A stretch of 37,574 nucleotides of DNA from Octopus bimaculoides (GCF_001194135.2 NC_068985.1:56710450-56748023), one strand, 5' to 3'; positions 1 to 11,814 are shown, counted from the stretch's first letter. The notes: a model not told the origin generated them from the sequence alone. Numbers and translations are program-made.

Positions 1-353
1 TCTCTAAAAGAAATGGAAAAACTTTCAAAATACAAAGACCTGGAAATAGAGATAACTCGAATGTGGAATCTAAAAACAGAAACAATTCCTATCATAGTAG
101 GTGCCTTAGGTATAATAAAAAAATATTCAGACAAATACATAACAAAATTACCAGGACTTACAAATATATATAACATACAGAAAATTGCACTACTGGGTAC
201 TGCACACATTCTACGCAAAACACTTTCAATACAGTAAACATAAGAGCACCACAGCAAAACCAGAGCACATACCCAAGGCGCACAGAGCTGCGCTCGGTAG
301 TGAAGTGAAAGCACGTTATAAAAATAAAACTACTGAACAATAATAATAATAAT
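1..353 (+). mobile_element. 3' end of an R4/Dong-like non-LTR retrotransposon: C-terminal restriction-like endonuclease region (ORF 13-237), short 3' UTR and (AAT)n tail
   Basis: ORF reads EKLSKYKDLEIEITRMWNLKTETIPIIVGALG...IQKIALLGTAHILRKTL, matching the recalled C-terminal pattern of R4/Dong/Rex6-type RLE elements (EK..KY.DL..E...W......P...GALG...QK..LLGTA.ILR). (AAT)n follows at 339-353, with a second run at 376-398. The element continues off the left edge of the window. Confidence 0.8.
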
Positions 354-516
354 CATATGCATTGCTCTCTCACTCAATAATAATAATAATAATAATAACA
401 GGTATGACCATGTGATCGTCCAAAGTTGGTTTGCTGGAGTTGTTATCTGACGAGAAGCATTACGGCATCAATTTCGGCATTGCCTTGAACAAAATTGATG
501 ATTTGGTGGAGGCAAG

Positions 517-544
517 TTGAACGAGTAATTAATTACTCGTTCAA
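517..544. repeat. Perfect 28-bp palindrome TTGAACGAGTAATT|AATTACTCGTTCAA
   Basis: Read directly: 14-bp arms with no spacer. Confidence 0.95.
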
Positions 545-1104
545 AATAACAAAAATCAAATCTTTGTTCAGGCTGTTTAGAGAGACTTTTCCACCGGTTC
601 AGAATAACGCCTCAGATATGCGGATCTACACAAGTTAAAGTAGAAGAAACAACAAAAGACTATTTCAGTTAAAATGTATGGTGGTAGCGGGTAGTTGTTT
701 GTAAATGTTATTCGATGAATACCAGTAACTAGAATGACAACTACTTATGGAACACACTATGTTAGGGCATATTGTTACTGTTGTAACTCTATACACACAG
801 GTATCTTTGTATTCTATGATAATTTCATTCATCTTTACCATGGTCATTAAAGCGTCGAGTGCTCAAAGTTGACCCGGTCTCTATACATGTATGTATAGAC
901 CTAGGTAAAATCTTTGAAGAAGACTAATAGTTAACCACATATACAAGTATCGCAGCTCCTTGCCATTGATATTTATCTTAGTGAAAGGCCACCAGCTTGA
1001 GCTGATAAAGCCTTGTACAAATTTCAATACAGCACTTGCTGTCAAAACATAAAAAGCCAGAAGAAATATCGTAAAGCATGTACCCCGACTCTGTAACAAT
1101 TCCT

Positions 1105-1258
1105 ACGACCCACCGTACTCGTCCAGTATTCTTATATAAACTACGAATAGATAAAAGGGTAAAGTATACCTATGGAGAATTTGAACTCAGGAAGAAGAGA
1201 ATGGGAAAAATATCGTGAGACACTCTACTCTCACGAGTTGACCAATACGCTCGCCTGT
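1105..1258 (-). mobile_element. Diverged partial tRNA-derived SINE (family 'B' in this window)
   Basis: The reverse complement aligns by eye to the SINE at 12064-12247 / 29253-29470 (e.g. aaagtatacc...aatttgaactcag versus ctgagtttaaattccgccgaggtcgacttt). Confidence 0.6.
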
Positions 1259-2416
1259 AGGTAGGTTTTAGAAATATAAAATAAATGTATTTGTACTTTA
1301 TCGTATTCTATTGTTCAGATTGCTCATGAATGACATGCAAAGCTGACCACAGAGGAATTTCAACTGAGATGAGGAAGGGCCATTTATTGTCTCAGAGGTT
1401 TTGCCCGAGACTCTAATTATTCCGGAAAATCCAATGTCGTTAAGCGGCGTTCTTCACATTACGTTTCATGGATGAGAAAATTACAGAATCATCGTCGTAT
1501 GTAACAAGAACATATCATCTTCTACATGTAAGAAATTACTGGTTATTAAATGGTCTGTTCAACTTGAGTACAGAATGCACAGAAGCATTATTCAAGTGAT
1601 GAGGTTACAATGTTGCAGAATTGTCGTTCTGCTTATCCAGGTCAAATGCCAATAGCCATAATAATTAGAACAGCTATTTTTCGACTTAGCTCAGAACGTG
1701 CAGGGCATTCGTCACCGAAGAGACTAAATAAGATCGAATCACCATTTCTGGCGATTAACCAGAGTTTTAAGCGATACCCTGTGTTTTTAACACACAAGTA
1801 TTTTCGAGAAGTTTCTCTCACAAAAGATGTCACAGCTACTGCTGCTAAACGTTTGTATAGACATTATGAATGATATACACTTCGGGATTTTAATCTCAGC
1901 CTGTTTTGAATTGCCTATATTAGTTCAATACTAGCTTCACTAGCTTTCGCATAAATCAGTAAATTTTTGTGTTTAATGATTTCTATATCAGAACGAGAGC
2001 TCAAAATATCCAGGGTAATGGTCACTTAGGAGACATAATAAAGTCAAAGTACCGTGTTTGGCGATCCACCGGTCTTCTAAATGAAGGCCTGTGTTTAAGC
2101 TCAAAAGTCAATTTCATAAGTTCCTTTGAGACAAAATTTGTTGATACTGCCGTTCAGTGTTTGTATAAAAATTATAAATGTTTGTATATACTGTTATATT
2201 AATTCAAGGCTGTTTGAAGAGCGTATATTAACATCACAATGGCAATTAAATCTACGAATACAAACAACGTACTGGGAATTTCACAAAACCCTTTCTATTT
2301 TTGTAATTACACGTAATATTAAACATATGTAATTGGTCTGCTCTTAATTAACATTCTGATTGATGTTGGTGAATATTAAGGTAATTTGTTTTTTATGATT
2401 ATCAAATCGAAAAGGT

Positions 2417-2690
2417 TGGTGGGTTAGCAGAATCGTTGGAGTGTTCAGTAAGGATAAAGTATACCTCTGTGGAGTTTGAACTTAGGGAGAAAAGAATGGG
2501 AAAAATATTGCGAGACACTCTACTCTCACGAGTTGACCAATACGGTTGTTCTTCCGGTATTTCTTTACGCTCTGAGTCCCAGTCGTATCGAGGCCACCTT
2601 TGCTTCTAGGATTGATAAAGTAAAATTTCAATTTTAATATAGTCAACCCTCAGCTTCAAGTTTCTGGCTTCATGTCTTTCCGAAACATCA
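2417..2690 (+). mobile_element. Diverged SINE family B copy interrupted by a 93-bp opposite-orientation insert (2452-2544)
   Basis: The head tagcagaatcgttggagtg at 2425-2443 resumes as ttctttacgctctgagt...gaggccacctttgc after 2545. The insert is a direct repeat of 1157-1249. Confidence 0.6.
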
Positions 2691-2769
2691 TTATTATGAA
2701 TTGGAGATTTGTTTCTATTTATCCAGATTATTTCTTCTTGTTTACTAATTTACTTCTTTTATTTTCTAA

Positions 2770-3152
2770 CTTTTACTTGTTTCAGTGAACAGACTGCTGA
2801 CATCCTGAGACGTTGCCTTGGAGGGTTTTAGTCAAAGAAATCTAACCTTGTAATTATCTTTGTAGTTCTGATACTTTCTCTACAATTTTCTTTTGCTAAA
2901 CCGCAAGAATACGAGAGTGAAACCAAGTTAAACCCAGTTGACAAGCGCTTGGGAAAGGAACAAAGAGATACATACACACACACACATATATCTGACGGGC
3001 TCCACACAGTTTCCGACTACCAATTTCAGTCGCAAGGCATTGGTCAACCCAGGGCTATAGTAAAAGAAACTTGACCAAAGTACTGTGCAGCGAGACTGAA
3101 CCTGTAACCAAGTGGTTTCAAAACGGTCTTCGTAACTGCACACTCACACCTG
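2770..3152 (-). mobile_element. Diverged near full-length tRNA-derived SINE (family 'A')
   Basis: Reverse complement of the 10683-11076 element: cttttacttgtttcag (3' end), central (CA)n, gacgggc...cagtttccg.ctaccaa, ctatagtaaaagaaacttgacca, tRNA-like head near 3090-3150. Confidence 0.75.
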
Positions 3153-4092
3153 TACGAAGAAATATTGTCCTATTTTTAATATGGATAAATGACAAGCCTG
3201 AAGTAACAGTAATTCAAGTATAATGTTTATCCCACTATAAGTAAAGATTTCAGTTATAATAGATGAAATGATGTGTAGATTTGCAGCTATGACATGGTTA
3301 AAACTATTAGTACCCGACTATACGGCGTTGAACATCTAATGTTTGATGTCAGTGCAGCTAGCAGCGACTATTATTTGACATCATTTGAATTATCAGGTTT
3401 ATGGATCCCTTAAACTAGAAACAGCAAATATTCTGAATACTCCAATAAACCACAGTTCCGTTTCTTTCCGCCAATCAGAATAATGAACCACATATGCACT
3501 CTCCATGAATCAATCCAATAAATTTTGGGTTTTGGCATCTGATGAGGCTTTAAAATTGACAGCGGACAGAGTATATTTATATGATATTGGAGAAAAGTTA
3601 ATGAAAATTCTAAGAATGATAGTAAACGGAAGAAAGTAACATAACTTATTAACTGCAGAATTTTCCGTTTAAGAATATAGTTCAATACAGAAGTGGTGTT
3701 ATGGCGAATTTCTCGTTGACTGGATACAAAGCAATATTTTTTTCATTGAAAATGGGTGGACATACAGAAATGGTAAATAATTCTAAGGTAAATTGTTTAA
3801 GTAAGAAGATATGGTGCCAAAGGCTACGTTCAAGAAATGTTTATGCTTTGTAAGTAACTCCAAAACTTGTTTAAGTTTGTCATTAATTGTATTGTGAAAT
3901 GACACATGGACTGGGAAGTATCTGCTGTACTAGGTGGATGTGAAACTTGGAAAATGTCAGATTGCTACAATGGATTATTATACAGAATTCTAGCAGTATT
4001 CTGTATGTACTTTGCACCATCTGCATGAAGGCCTATTGTTGTATCCACAGATAAACTCTACCTCTGAAACGTTTGACCTTAAGTTTCAACTC

Positions 4093-4094
<2 letters not shown>

Positions 4095-4145
<51 letters not shown>

Positions 4146-4146
4146 C

Positions 4147-4179
<33 letters not shown>

Positions 4180-4198
4180 TGTATGCATGTATATATAT
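4095..4198. repeat. Compound microsatellite (CT)n(AT)n(ATGT)n
   Basis: Read directly. Confidence 0.95.
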
Positions 4199-4239
4199 TA
4201 GGGCAGCGTAGCTTTATAAGCACAGGCAAAGCCCTGAAG

Positions 4240-4330
4240 TTAACACGATTGATTTGCAACCGTGTAGTTTCGAGTTCACGCCCTAGGCGGTGCCTTGTGC
4301 AAGTGTCTTCCACTATACCTTCCGCTCGAA
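4240..4330 (+). mobile_element. tRNA-derived SINE head fragment related to family A
   Basis: gcaaccgtgtagtttcgagttca (B-box-like) followed by gtgccttgtgcaagtgtcttccactata, similar to gcacctaaggcaagtgtcttctactata at 10751-10778. Confidence 0.55.
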
Positions 4331-4978
4331 TAATAACTTGGAAGTCATTTCTGTTCGTGAGGAGCCCGATGGATTGCATGGTACTTCCCAGGTGTCGAAA
4401 CCACTGTGATATCCATTAGACAACTGATGATGGAAGTTTATGTTTCATATAATTGTTGTCTGGGAATCTTTTATACCTCGGTGTGTCGTTATTCCAAGTC
4501 CTTCATTCTTGTAAGGGTGAAATTGTTAAAGTGTTCATTGCTTACGGTTTTTTTGTTATTTGCATTATTACATTGTCGTCATTGTTAACTTTATTATGCT
4601 TGGATGATAATTAATGTTTTCTNNNNNNNNNNNNNNNNNNNNNNNNNNNNNNNNNNNNNNNNNNNNNNNNNNNNNNNNNNNNNNNNNNNNNNNNNNNNNN
4701 NNNNNNNNNNNNNNNNNNNNNNNNNNNNNNNNNNNNNNNNNNNNNNNNNNNNNNNNNNNNNNNNNNNNNNNNNNNNNNNNNNNNNNNNNNNNNNNNNNNN
4801 NNNNNNNNNNNNNNNNNNNNNNNNNNNNNNNTATATATATATATATGTATGTATGTATGTATGTATATAAAGTAAAAATGACAACGTAGAAGATGCTAAA
4901 ATAATTTTATCACGAAGTACATTTTAGTACCGGTTCCAAACTTTTTAGACGTTTTCAACTAAGAGTAAAATAAGAAAA

Positions 4979-5872
4979 AACAATTAAATTGGAGAAAAAA
5001 ATTAAGTGAAATGTTTCGTATTTTCATAGTCTTTGAATAGATAAGTATTTCCATAGTTTTCAGACAATTTGTCTGTCTCTCTCTCTCTGTCTCTCGCTCT
5101 CTCTGTCTCTCAGTCTCTGTGTCTCTGTGTCTCTGTGTGTGTCTCTCTCTCTGTATCTCTCTATTCCTTTGTGAATGGTAGGTAGGTAGGTAGTAATAAA
5201 TTTGAAGGAATAGTTTGGGTACAGACAATTGATTTTTTAAGCAGAATAAGGATGATGAGGAGGAGGATGCGAAAGAGAAGATGAAGGACGAAGGGAAGTA
5301 AGAGTACGGAAAGAAGAGGGAGATGGAGAAAGAAAAGAAAAATACAGGAATGCTAACCACTACTACTACCACAACAGCAGGTCACATTTAGGTCATTTGA
5401 CCGTTAAAGATTCCACAAACAATTTACTGTGGCATAGAACTTCTATATTTTTTCTTTATTTTTCTTTCTCCTTCTCTTCTTCTTTCCATACTCCTCCCCT
5501 CCCCCTCCTTCTTCTTCCATTTCTTTTTCTCCTCCCTTGGCTGCTCCTGCTTAACCCATCAATTGTCTGTACCCAAACTATTCCTTCAAATTTACTACCA
5601 CCTACCTACCTACCTACCTACCTACCTACCTTCCTACCTACCTACCTTCCTACCTACCTACCTACCTACCTACCTACCTTCCTACCTACCTACCTACCTA
5701 CCTACCTACCTACCTGCCTATCTACCAACCTGCCTACCTACCTACTAGACATTCACAAAGAAATAGAGAGAGAGACATATTGCCTGAAAACTATGGAAAT
5801 ATTCACCTATTCAAAGACTATGAAAAATATCTACAAAACATTTCACTTAATTTTTTCACCAATTTAATTGTT
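4979..5872. repeat. Long fold-back inverted repeat (core arms 4979-5244 and 5547-5872; looser pairing inward to about 5355/5435)
   Basis: Shared blocks include caattaaattgg, ttcatagtctttgaatag, tttccatagttttcag, tttgtgaatg and aaatttgaaggaatagtttgggtacagacaattgat; each has its reverse complement in the right arm. The right arm runs into an N-gap. Confidence 0.9.
5601..5745. repeat. (CCTA)n tetranucleotide microsatellite with CTTC/CTGC variants
   Basis: Read directly. Confidence 0.95.
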
Positions 5873-6196
5873 NNNNNNNNNNNNNNNNNNNNNNNNNNNN
5901 NNNNNNNNNNNNNNNNNNNNNNNNNNNNNNNNNNNNNNNNNNNNNNNNNNNNNNNNNNNNNNNNNNNNNNNNNNNNNNNNNNNNNNNNNNNNNNNNNNNN
6001 NNNNNNNNNNNNNNNNNNNNNNNNNNNNNNNNNNNNNNNNNNNNNNNNNNNNNNNNNNNNNNNNNNNNNNNNNNNNNNNNNNNNNNNNNNNNNNNNNNNN
6101 NNNNNNNNNNNNNNNNNNNNNNNNNNNNNNNNNNNNNNNNNNNNNNNNNNNNNNNNNNNNNNNNNNNNNNNNNNNNNNNNNNNNNNNNNNNNNNTT

Positions 6197-6243
<47 letters not shown>

Positions 6244-7212
6244 ATCTAAATAAGAAAGCAAATATAGCTTTTACTACATCTTTAATGATCACTTACAACT
6301 AATTTTGTACCAACTCTGTTTTCAACGCCAGTTCACGCAAAAGATACATCTAAAAGTTTATTTGCTGTACATTGTGCGTCTCCGAGGCTTTGCGTTTGCT
6401 TATACCGGGAGGAAAGAAAAAAAAATAAAGATCAAAATGTAAATAAACTGTGAAAAGATGGAGAGCGCAAGTACATTGTCTATACCAAAGTAGATAAACG
6501 TATTGTTAGTGAATGAAGGAGTACATGCTCCCTCACCAAGTCATCTTCCACCGAAGTTAGTTAAATCAGAGGGCAGTAAGTTTCACCATACATCAGATAG
6601 CATTAAGATTGACAGCCATAGCGGTAGGTTAAAAAAAACGTACATTCAGCGCTCGTAGTCCTAAATAAAATAAACTTAAAGGATACATTATGGCACCGCG
6701 TCCTTGGGGAAAGAGCATATCTAGTATCACTACGCACAGTCAGTAGGTGGGTTTAGGCCCGTCAACTAGCAATCGTTATTTGTAACAATTGTACATAAGT
6801 AGTAGGAAAAGTGGTTGTAGGATATTCTGTGAAATCTACTCTCCAAGTGAGGGATATTATTTTCAAGGACAGATGTTGTTACATTATTTCATTTTCATTA
6901 GTAATATCTATGGCAAACCCATGAGCACATTGGTAATAATTATGAGATACCCACGAACACATTACAATTCATTTTCTTCCTCCTACTCTTCCACCCCTTC
7001 CTCCTCCTCCTCCTCCCCTCCCCTCCTNNNNNNNNNNNNNNNNNNNNNNNNNNNNNNNNNNNNNNNNNNNNNNNNNNNNNNNNNNNNNNNNNNNNNNNNN
7101 NNNNNNNTCCTCCTCCTCCTCCTCCTCCTCATCATCGTCGTCGTCGAGGTAATGACAATTTTTAAAATGTTTATAGTTCGGTATAAAAACATTGAATCAA
7201 TATTTAATTATA

Positions 7213-7801
7213 ATAGTCATCTATGTAGTATAAATAATGTAAATACACTGTTAATAGGCAAGTAACTACTCTGATAATATCGATTATGGATGTGGTGTGT
7301 TAAAACACAATGAATATCAGAAGAACATGAAATTCATCCGAGCAGCAGCCACTGAGATCGCCCGATATATTTTAGTCCTTTAGATCGTCGTCCATACCAA
7401 AGTCATCTCCGGACAAGTATCACAATAACGTGTCTATCAATTTGTATATATATTAAGTATGATACATACATGCTTATTTTAATTTTACTGCCCCAATTGC
7501 ATATACCAGATTTTTATACAATAGGCGGCTGTTCTTGACATCAGTGGATACTTTGTTCTCTGTTCCCTGCATCATGAACGATGAATTCTTCTCTGAGCAT
7601 ATGGCTAGCTCCGAGTATGCACCATTAAAAAGGCCTCAAAATACAAAAATGCATCTGGTCTTCTTGGATGCTGTAGGAACAAGTTTTCATCTCGTTCCGA
7701 TATTCATTGTGATTTTACACGGTATTTGTCTCAGGACAAATACCGCATTAAATGATCAGTCAGATGTGTATTTGCATGAAATACGATACATAGATGACTA
7801 T
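7213..7801. repeat. Old, diverged inverted repeat (outer arms about 7213-7340 and 7676-7801)
   Basis: Perfect terminal 15-mer ATAGTCATCTATGTA (7213-7227) versus its reverse complement at 7787-7801. Internal 13-mer CACAATGAATATC versus GATATTCATTGTG at matching spacing. Patchy similarity in between. Confidence 0.7.
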
Positions 7802-8359
7802 CGTTTATAGTTGTTTACTTGCAGAAAATATTTAAGGAATTGAATGAATGTGATTTCTATTACACTATTGCGTACATATTCCGAAATAGATTTGCTAAGA
7901 TAATTATCACAATATTTTATACGTATCAGTGTAGTGGTATATTGGGGCAATCGGTAGAATAACTATCACAAAATATTTCGTTATAGTTAATGTCTCTTTG
8001 TTCAAATCCATTCGAAGTCAACTTTTTATTTCATATTATTGTAAACGACGATAGAAGTTTCACTCAAATTTTGTAATCGACTATATCTTTACTACGTCAT
8101 GCAATAGAGAGATCTTCCATATTTTATAGTCATTCCTGTTTTTCTAGTAAAGTTAAGCAGATTGTAACAGTGTCTTCATACCGATAATGTTTTATAGCTT
8201 TTCTTTCATTTACCATAATGTCGTGGATCTGTACATTGCGTTTACTGTTGAAACGTTTATCAACCTGTAAAATGTGGTAGGTTCTTTTGTGTCATACTTT
8301 GTACGCATGAAACCTGAGGATATATATGCGTGTTAAGGATCAATGTTTGCACACATCTA

Positions 8360-8575
8360 AGGCGGTGGGCGGGCAAAATCATTAGCACGCGAGGCAAAAT
8401 GCTTTGTGGCATATCGTCCATCTTTACGTTGTGAATTAAAATTCCACCGAGGTCGACTTTGCGATTCATCCTTATTGATTCAATAAAAGAAGAACCATTG
8501 GAGCACTAGGGTCAATGTAATCTAATTGTTCCTTCCCCTGACATTGTTGACCTTGTGCCAAAATGTAATATCAAT
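8360..8575 (+). mobile_element. Diverged full-length SINE family B
   Basis: ggcggtgggcgggcaaaatcattagcacg...tctttacgttgtgaattaaaattccaccgaggtcgactttgc...gggtcaatgtaatc...ccttgtgcc, colinear with 29253-29470. Confidence 0.8.
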
Positions 8576-9717
8576 ATTTGTACACTTCCGAAGACTGTGT
8601 CAAGTGACTGGGGCCTCAGTGTTCAATTATGATAATCCGAGAAGCTGAGATCAATGATTGATTGAATTTTCGTTTCAAAATACGCGAAGGCTGATGAAAT
8701 AAGTTCCACTCATAGGTACTGGTTACATTCAGTCGATTTTATTCAATCTTTACAAGTGCTTAGATACCGTTACCGATGTGAATACTCGACATATATCTCT
8801 TAACATTTTTTGAAAAAAAACAAAAAAAAAACAAAAAAATCATTCCTCTTTTATGATATACTAAATATTCTTGATATACTTGAAGCAAATATGATAAGAA
8901 CCAACTGGCAAAAGAAACGCCGATATTATACTGTGTCAATATTTATTTAGCCAATTCTTAGATAAATATTATTTCATGTCTTTGGTATTTGAAGAAAAAT
9001 GTTGTTTCTTCATGACAACATTACGAAGAGCAAAGATATAAACAGATAATTTACTGTATCAAATCTATTTTGGTCTAGTTCCTGAGCGAAACTCCATTTC
9101 TTTCGTTCACCATTTAAATTGAAACAAATTTACTTGGAGAAGGCAAAAACGAAATATTACATTTAAACCATAATTCATTTTACTTATATTTTAAAAAATC
9201 AACGAAAGAAGGTGAATGTTAAATATTTCCTTTATATTTTCAATCTATGATATACATTTCGCAGTAAACTCAGTAATTACTTTCATTGACATTTAAAAAG
9301 AAACTAGATTTTTGATTGAGACTTTTAAATGTGTAAGTATGTATGTATGTATGTATGTATGTAGCTATAAACACTCTTTCTAAAGAGAAAACCGATACAA
9401 GAATCTCAATTGAATTCCATCATAGAATTAACATTACTAGGTATTCATTTTTTTATATATTTTTCGGCATCTACTATTCTTCTAATTCAACTAATGCAAT
9501 TTACTTTGTGAAATTTTGCCTTATTGTAATATTGTCAAATATCACAATATTGATAATCTTTATAGGAATATACTGTTTTCTCACGAGATCAGCTATCGCG
9601 TTATGGGCTTTTGTAATCCGATATTTATTAATATAGTTGGTTGTAAAGTAAACTCTTGATAAAATGGTTGTAGCAAATTGTAGACCTAATATATTCATGC
9701 ACACACTCAAACACACA

Positions 9718-9739
9718 AGCACACACACACAGACGCACG

Positions 9740-9800
<61 letters not shown>

Positions 9801-9830
9801 GCACACACACACAGACACACATACACAAAC
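9718..9830. repeat. (CA)n microsatellite
   Basis: Read directly. Confidence 0.95.
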
Positions 9831-10254
9831 AAATATGTAAAATAAAATGATAATATGATACATTTTCGGAATCCTAATAAGATCGAATTTGTCTATTTTA
9901 TTTTACATTTTCCTCAATATTTCAGAACAATAAAGCTATTTACTAAAATGTATATTGCGTAGAGAGGATAATAATAGATTCTAGAGAAAGAATAAGCTTC
10001 AAGCGAGTCCAGGGTTTTGATCAATGAAGTATTCAATAAATTTTACTTACAAGACGAATTCATTTAAGATGGGCGCATACTTACGATCCTTCCCTCTAGT
10101 AACTCCCTCCGACTCTTCCTTCCCACCCTTCCCTGTGATCCCAATTATTTTGTGTACTTTTCTCTGAATACAAGGGAAATCAATGTACTGCAGGAAAATC
10201 TAATATTACTACAAATAAGAAAAGATTTGCTAGGAATGAACTGATTTATAACGC

Positions 10255-10256
10255 AT

Positions 10257-10288
<32 letters not shown>

Positions 10289-10495
10289 ACACACTCGCAC
10301 ACACACACACATACACACAGGCACGCGCACACATACACACACACACAAGCACAGACACATACGCATACACACACATATGTATATTCAGAGAGAAAGAAGG
10401 AGAGAGAAAGAGACAGAGAGAGAAAGAAAGAAAGAGATAGAAAGAGAGAGGGAGAAAGAAAGAAAGAGAGAGAGAGAGGGAAAGAAAGAGAGAGT
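10255..10495. repeat. Compound degenerate (CA)n followed by (GA)n/(GAAA)n
   Basis: Read directly. Confidence 0.9.
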
Positions 10496-10682
10496 CTGGC
10501 TGTATGTGCGTTGTATTAATATTTACAAGGACCTGTTACTTCAAGTTCCGGATTACCAGCCGTCATCATCTTGACCTCTCGACACTGATATCTACTTTAC
10601 TACTAAATAACAAGTGATTCTTTAGTTTAATGTTAAATTGTTTTTGTACATAATTGAGATAAGAAGAAAAAAATACATACAG

Positions 10683-11075
10683 AGGAGTGGATGTGTGGTA
10701 ACCAGCTTGTTTACCAACCACATGGTTTCGGGATCACTCCCACTGCGTGGCACCTAAGGCAAGTGTCTTCTACTATAGCCTCGGATTTCCGGCTACTAAA
10801 TGCTGGTGAGTGGATTTGGTTGACGGAAACTGAAAGAAGCCCGTCGTATATATGTATATGTATGTGCATGTGTGTATGTGCGTTAGTCCCCCAATATCGC
10901 TTGACAACCGATGCTGGTGTGTTTACGTCCCCGTAACCTAGTGGTTCGGCAAAAGAACCGATACAATAAGTATTAGGCTTACAAAGAATAAGTCCCGGGG
11001 TCGATTTCTTCGACTAAAGGCGGTGCTCCAGCATGGCCGCAGTCAAATGACTGCAACAAATAAAACAATAAAAGA

Positions 11076-11076
<1 letters not shown>
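10683..11076 (+). mobile_element. Well-preserved full-length tRNA-derived SINE (family 'A'; octopus-type) followed by (AT)n
   Basis: Pol III A-box-like TGGATGTGTGG (10688-10698), B-box-like GGGATCACTCC (10730-10740), central (TG)-rich tract, 3' ...cagtcaaatgactgcaacaaataaaac. Reverse-complement copies occur at 2770-3152 and 27726-28052. Confidence 0.85.
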
Positions 11077-11115
<39 letters not shown>

Positions 11116-11239
11116 GGATACGTGGCGTTCAATCATATAATAATATAAATAATATATATATATATATATATATATATGCATATATACATACGTATATATA
11201 TATACTTACATCTATACATATATATATGTATATGTGGGA

Positions 11240-11562
11240 ACAGGACGTTATGAAACGTGTACAACAGGAAGAAAAGAAAGAAAAAACGAAGCACGAGTAC
11301 ATGGAACATGAACTATTCTTTGGAACAACGAAAAACACAAATGGAAAACAAAACAAACAACATAAAGAACGACCTTTTATCTGTTTTTGGGTATTTTTCT
11401 AGTCTTGTATTTCGAGCATTTAACAACAATATACGCTTTCGATAAAAAAGTTGCTCCCGCAAAGCAAATGAAATAAAACTTTGGATTTTGCGGAGGGTCA
11501 AAGTAAGTAACACAAACAGGAAAGTGAAAACAAACAGGAAGGGCTGTTTCATAACGTCCTGT
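11240..11562. mobile_element. Putative MITE (about 320 bp) with 17-bp perfect terminal inverted repeats, embedded in (TA)n
   Basis: ACAGGACGTTATGAAAC (11240-11256) versus GTTTCATAACGTCCTGT (11546-11562); TA-rich tracts on both sides; no ORF. Confidence 0.65.
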
Positions 11563-11628
11563 GGCTACATATGCATATATATATATATATATATATATTC
11601 GTTTATATTTATATAAAGNNNNNNNNNN

Positions 11629-11664
<36 letters not shown>

Positions 11665-11814
11665 TACTTATATCATATATTATATAATATTATATATAAT
11701 TGCATTCAGAATTTGAGGAAGCAATATCCACGTAACGGAATGTTAAAAATCGTGATGCCAACTGAGTTAAACCAAATATATTGATAGGAAGATCATCAAT
11801 AAACAGTCTCATAC

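Noticed and set aside
1610-1873. 87-aa ORF in moderately GC-richer unique sequence
   Set aside because: No recognisable domain; the AG-preceded candidate exon at 1319 has stops in all three frames.
3538-4440. Other CTGATGA/CTGACGA heptamers (e.g. 445, 3540, 4425, 8690, 20423)
   Set aside because: No correctly spaced GAAA with pairing stems, so they are not called hammerheads.
5397-5867. ORFs with (PTYL)n / (LPTY)n repeats
   Set aside because: Translation of a (CCTA)n microsatellite inside an inverted repeat; no evidence of coding function.
9343-10574. ORFs rich in CVCV, RERE, YIYI
   Set aside because: Dinucleotide microsatellite translations.
10683-10760. tRNA-like A/B boxes (also at about 12070, 29260, 4250)
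   Set aside because: These are SINE heads continuing into SINE bodies, with no complete cloverleaf; not tRNA genes.
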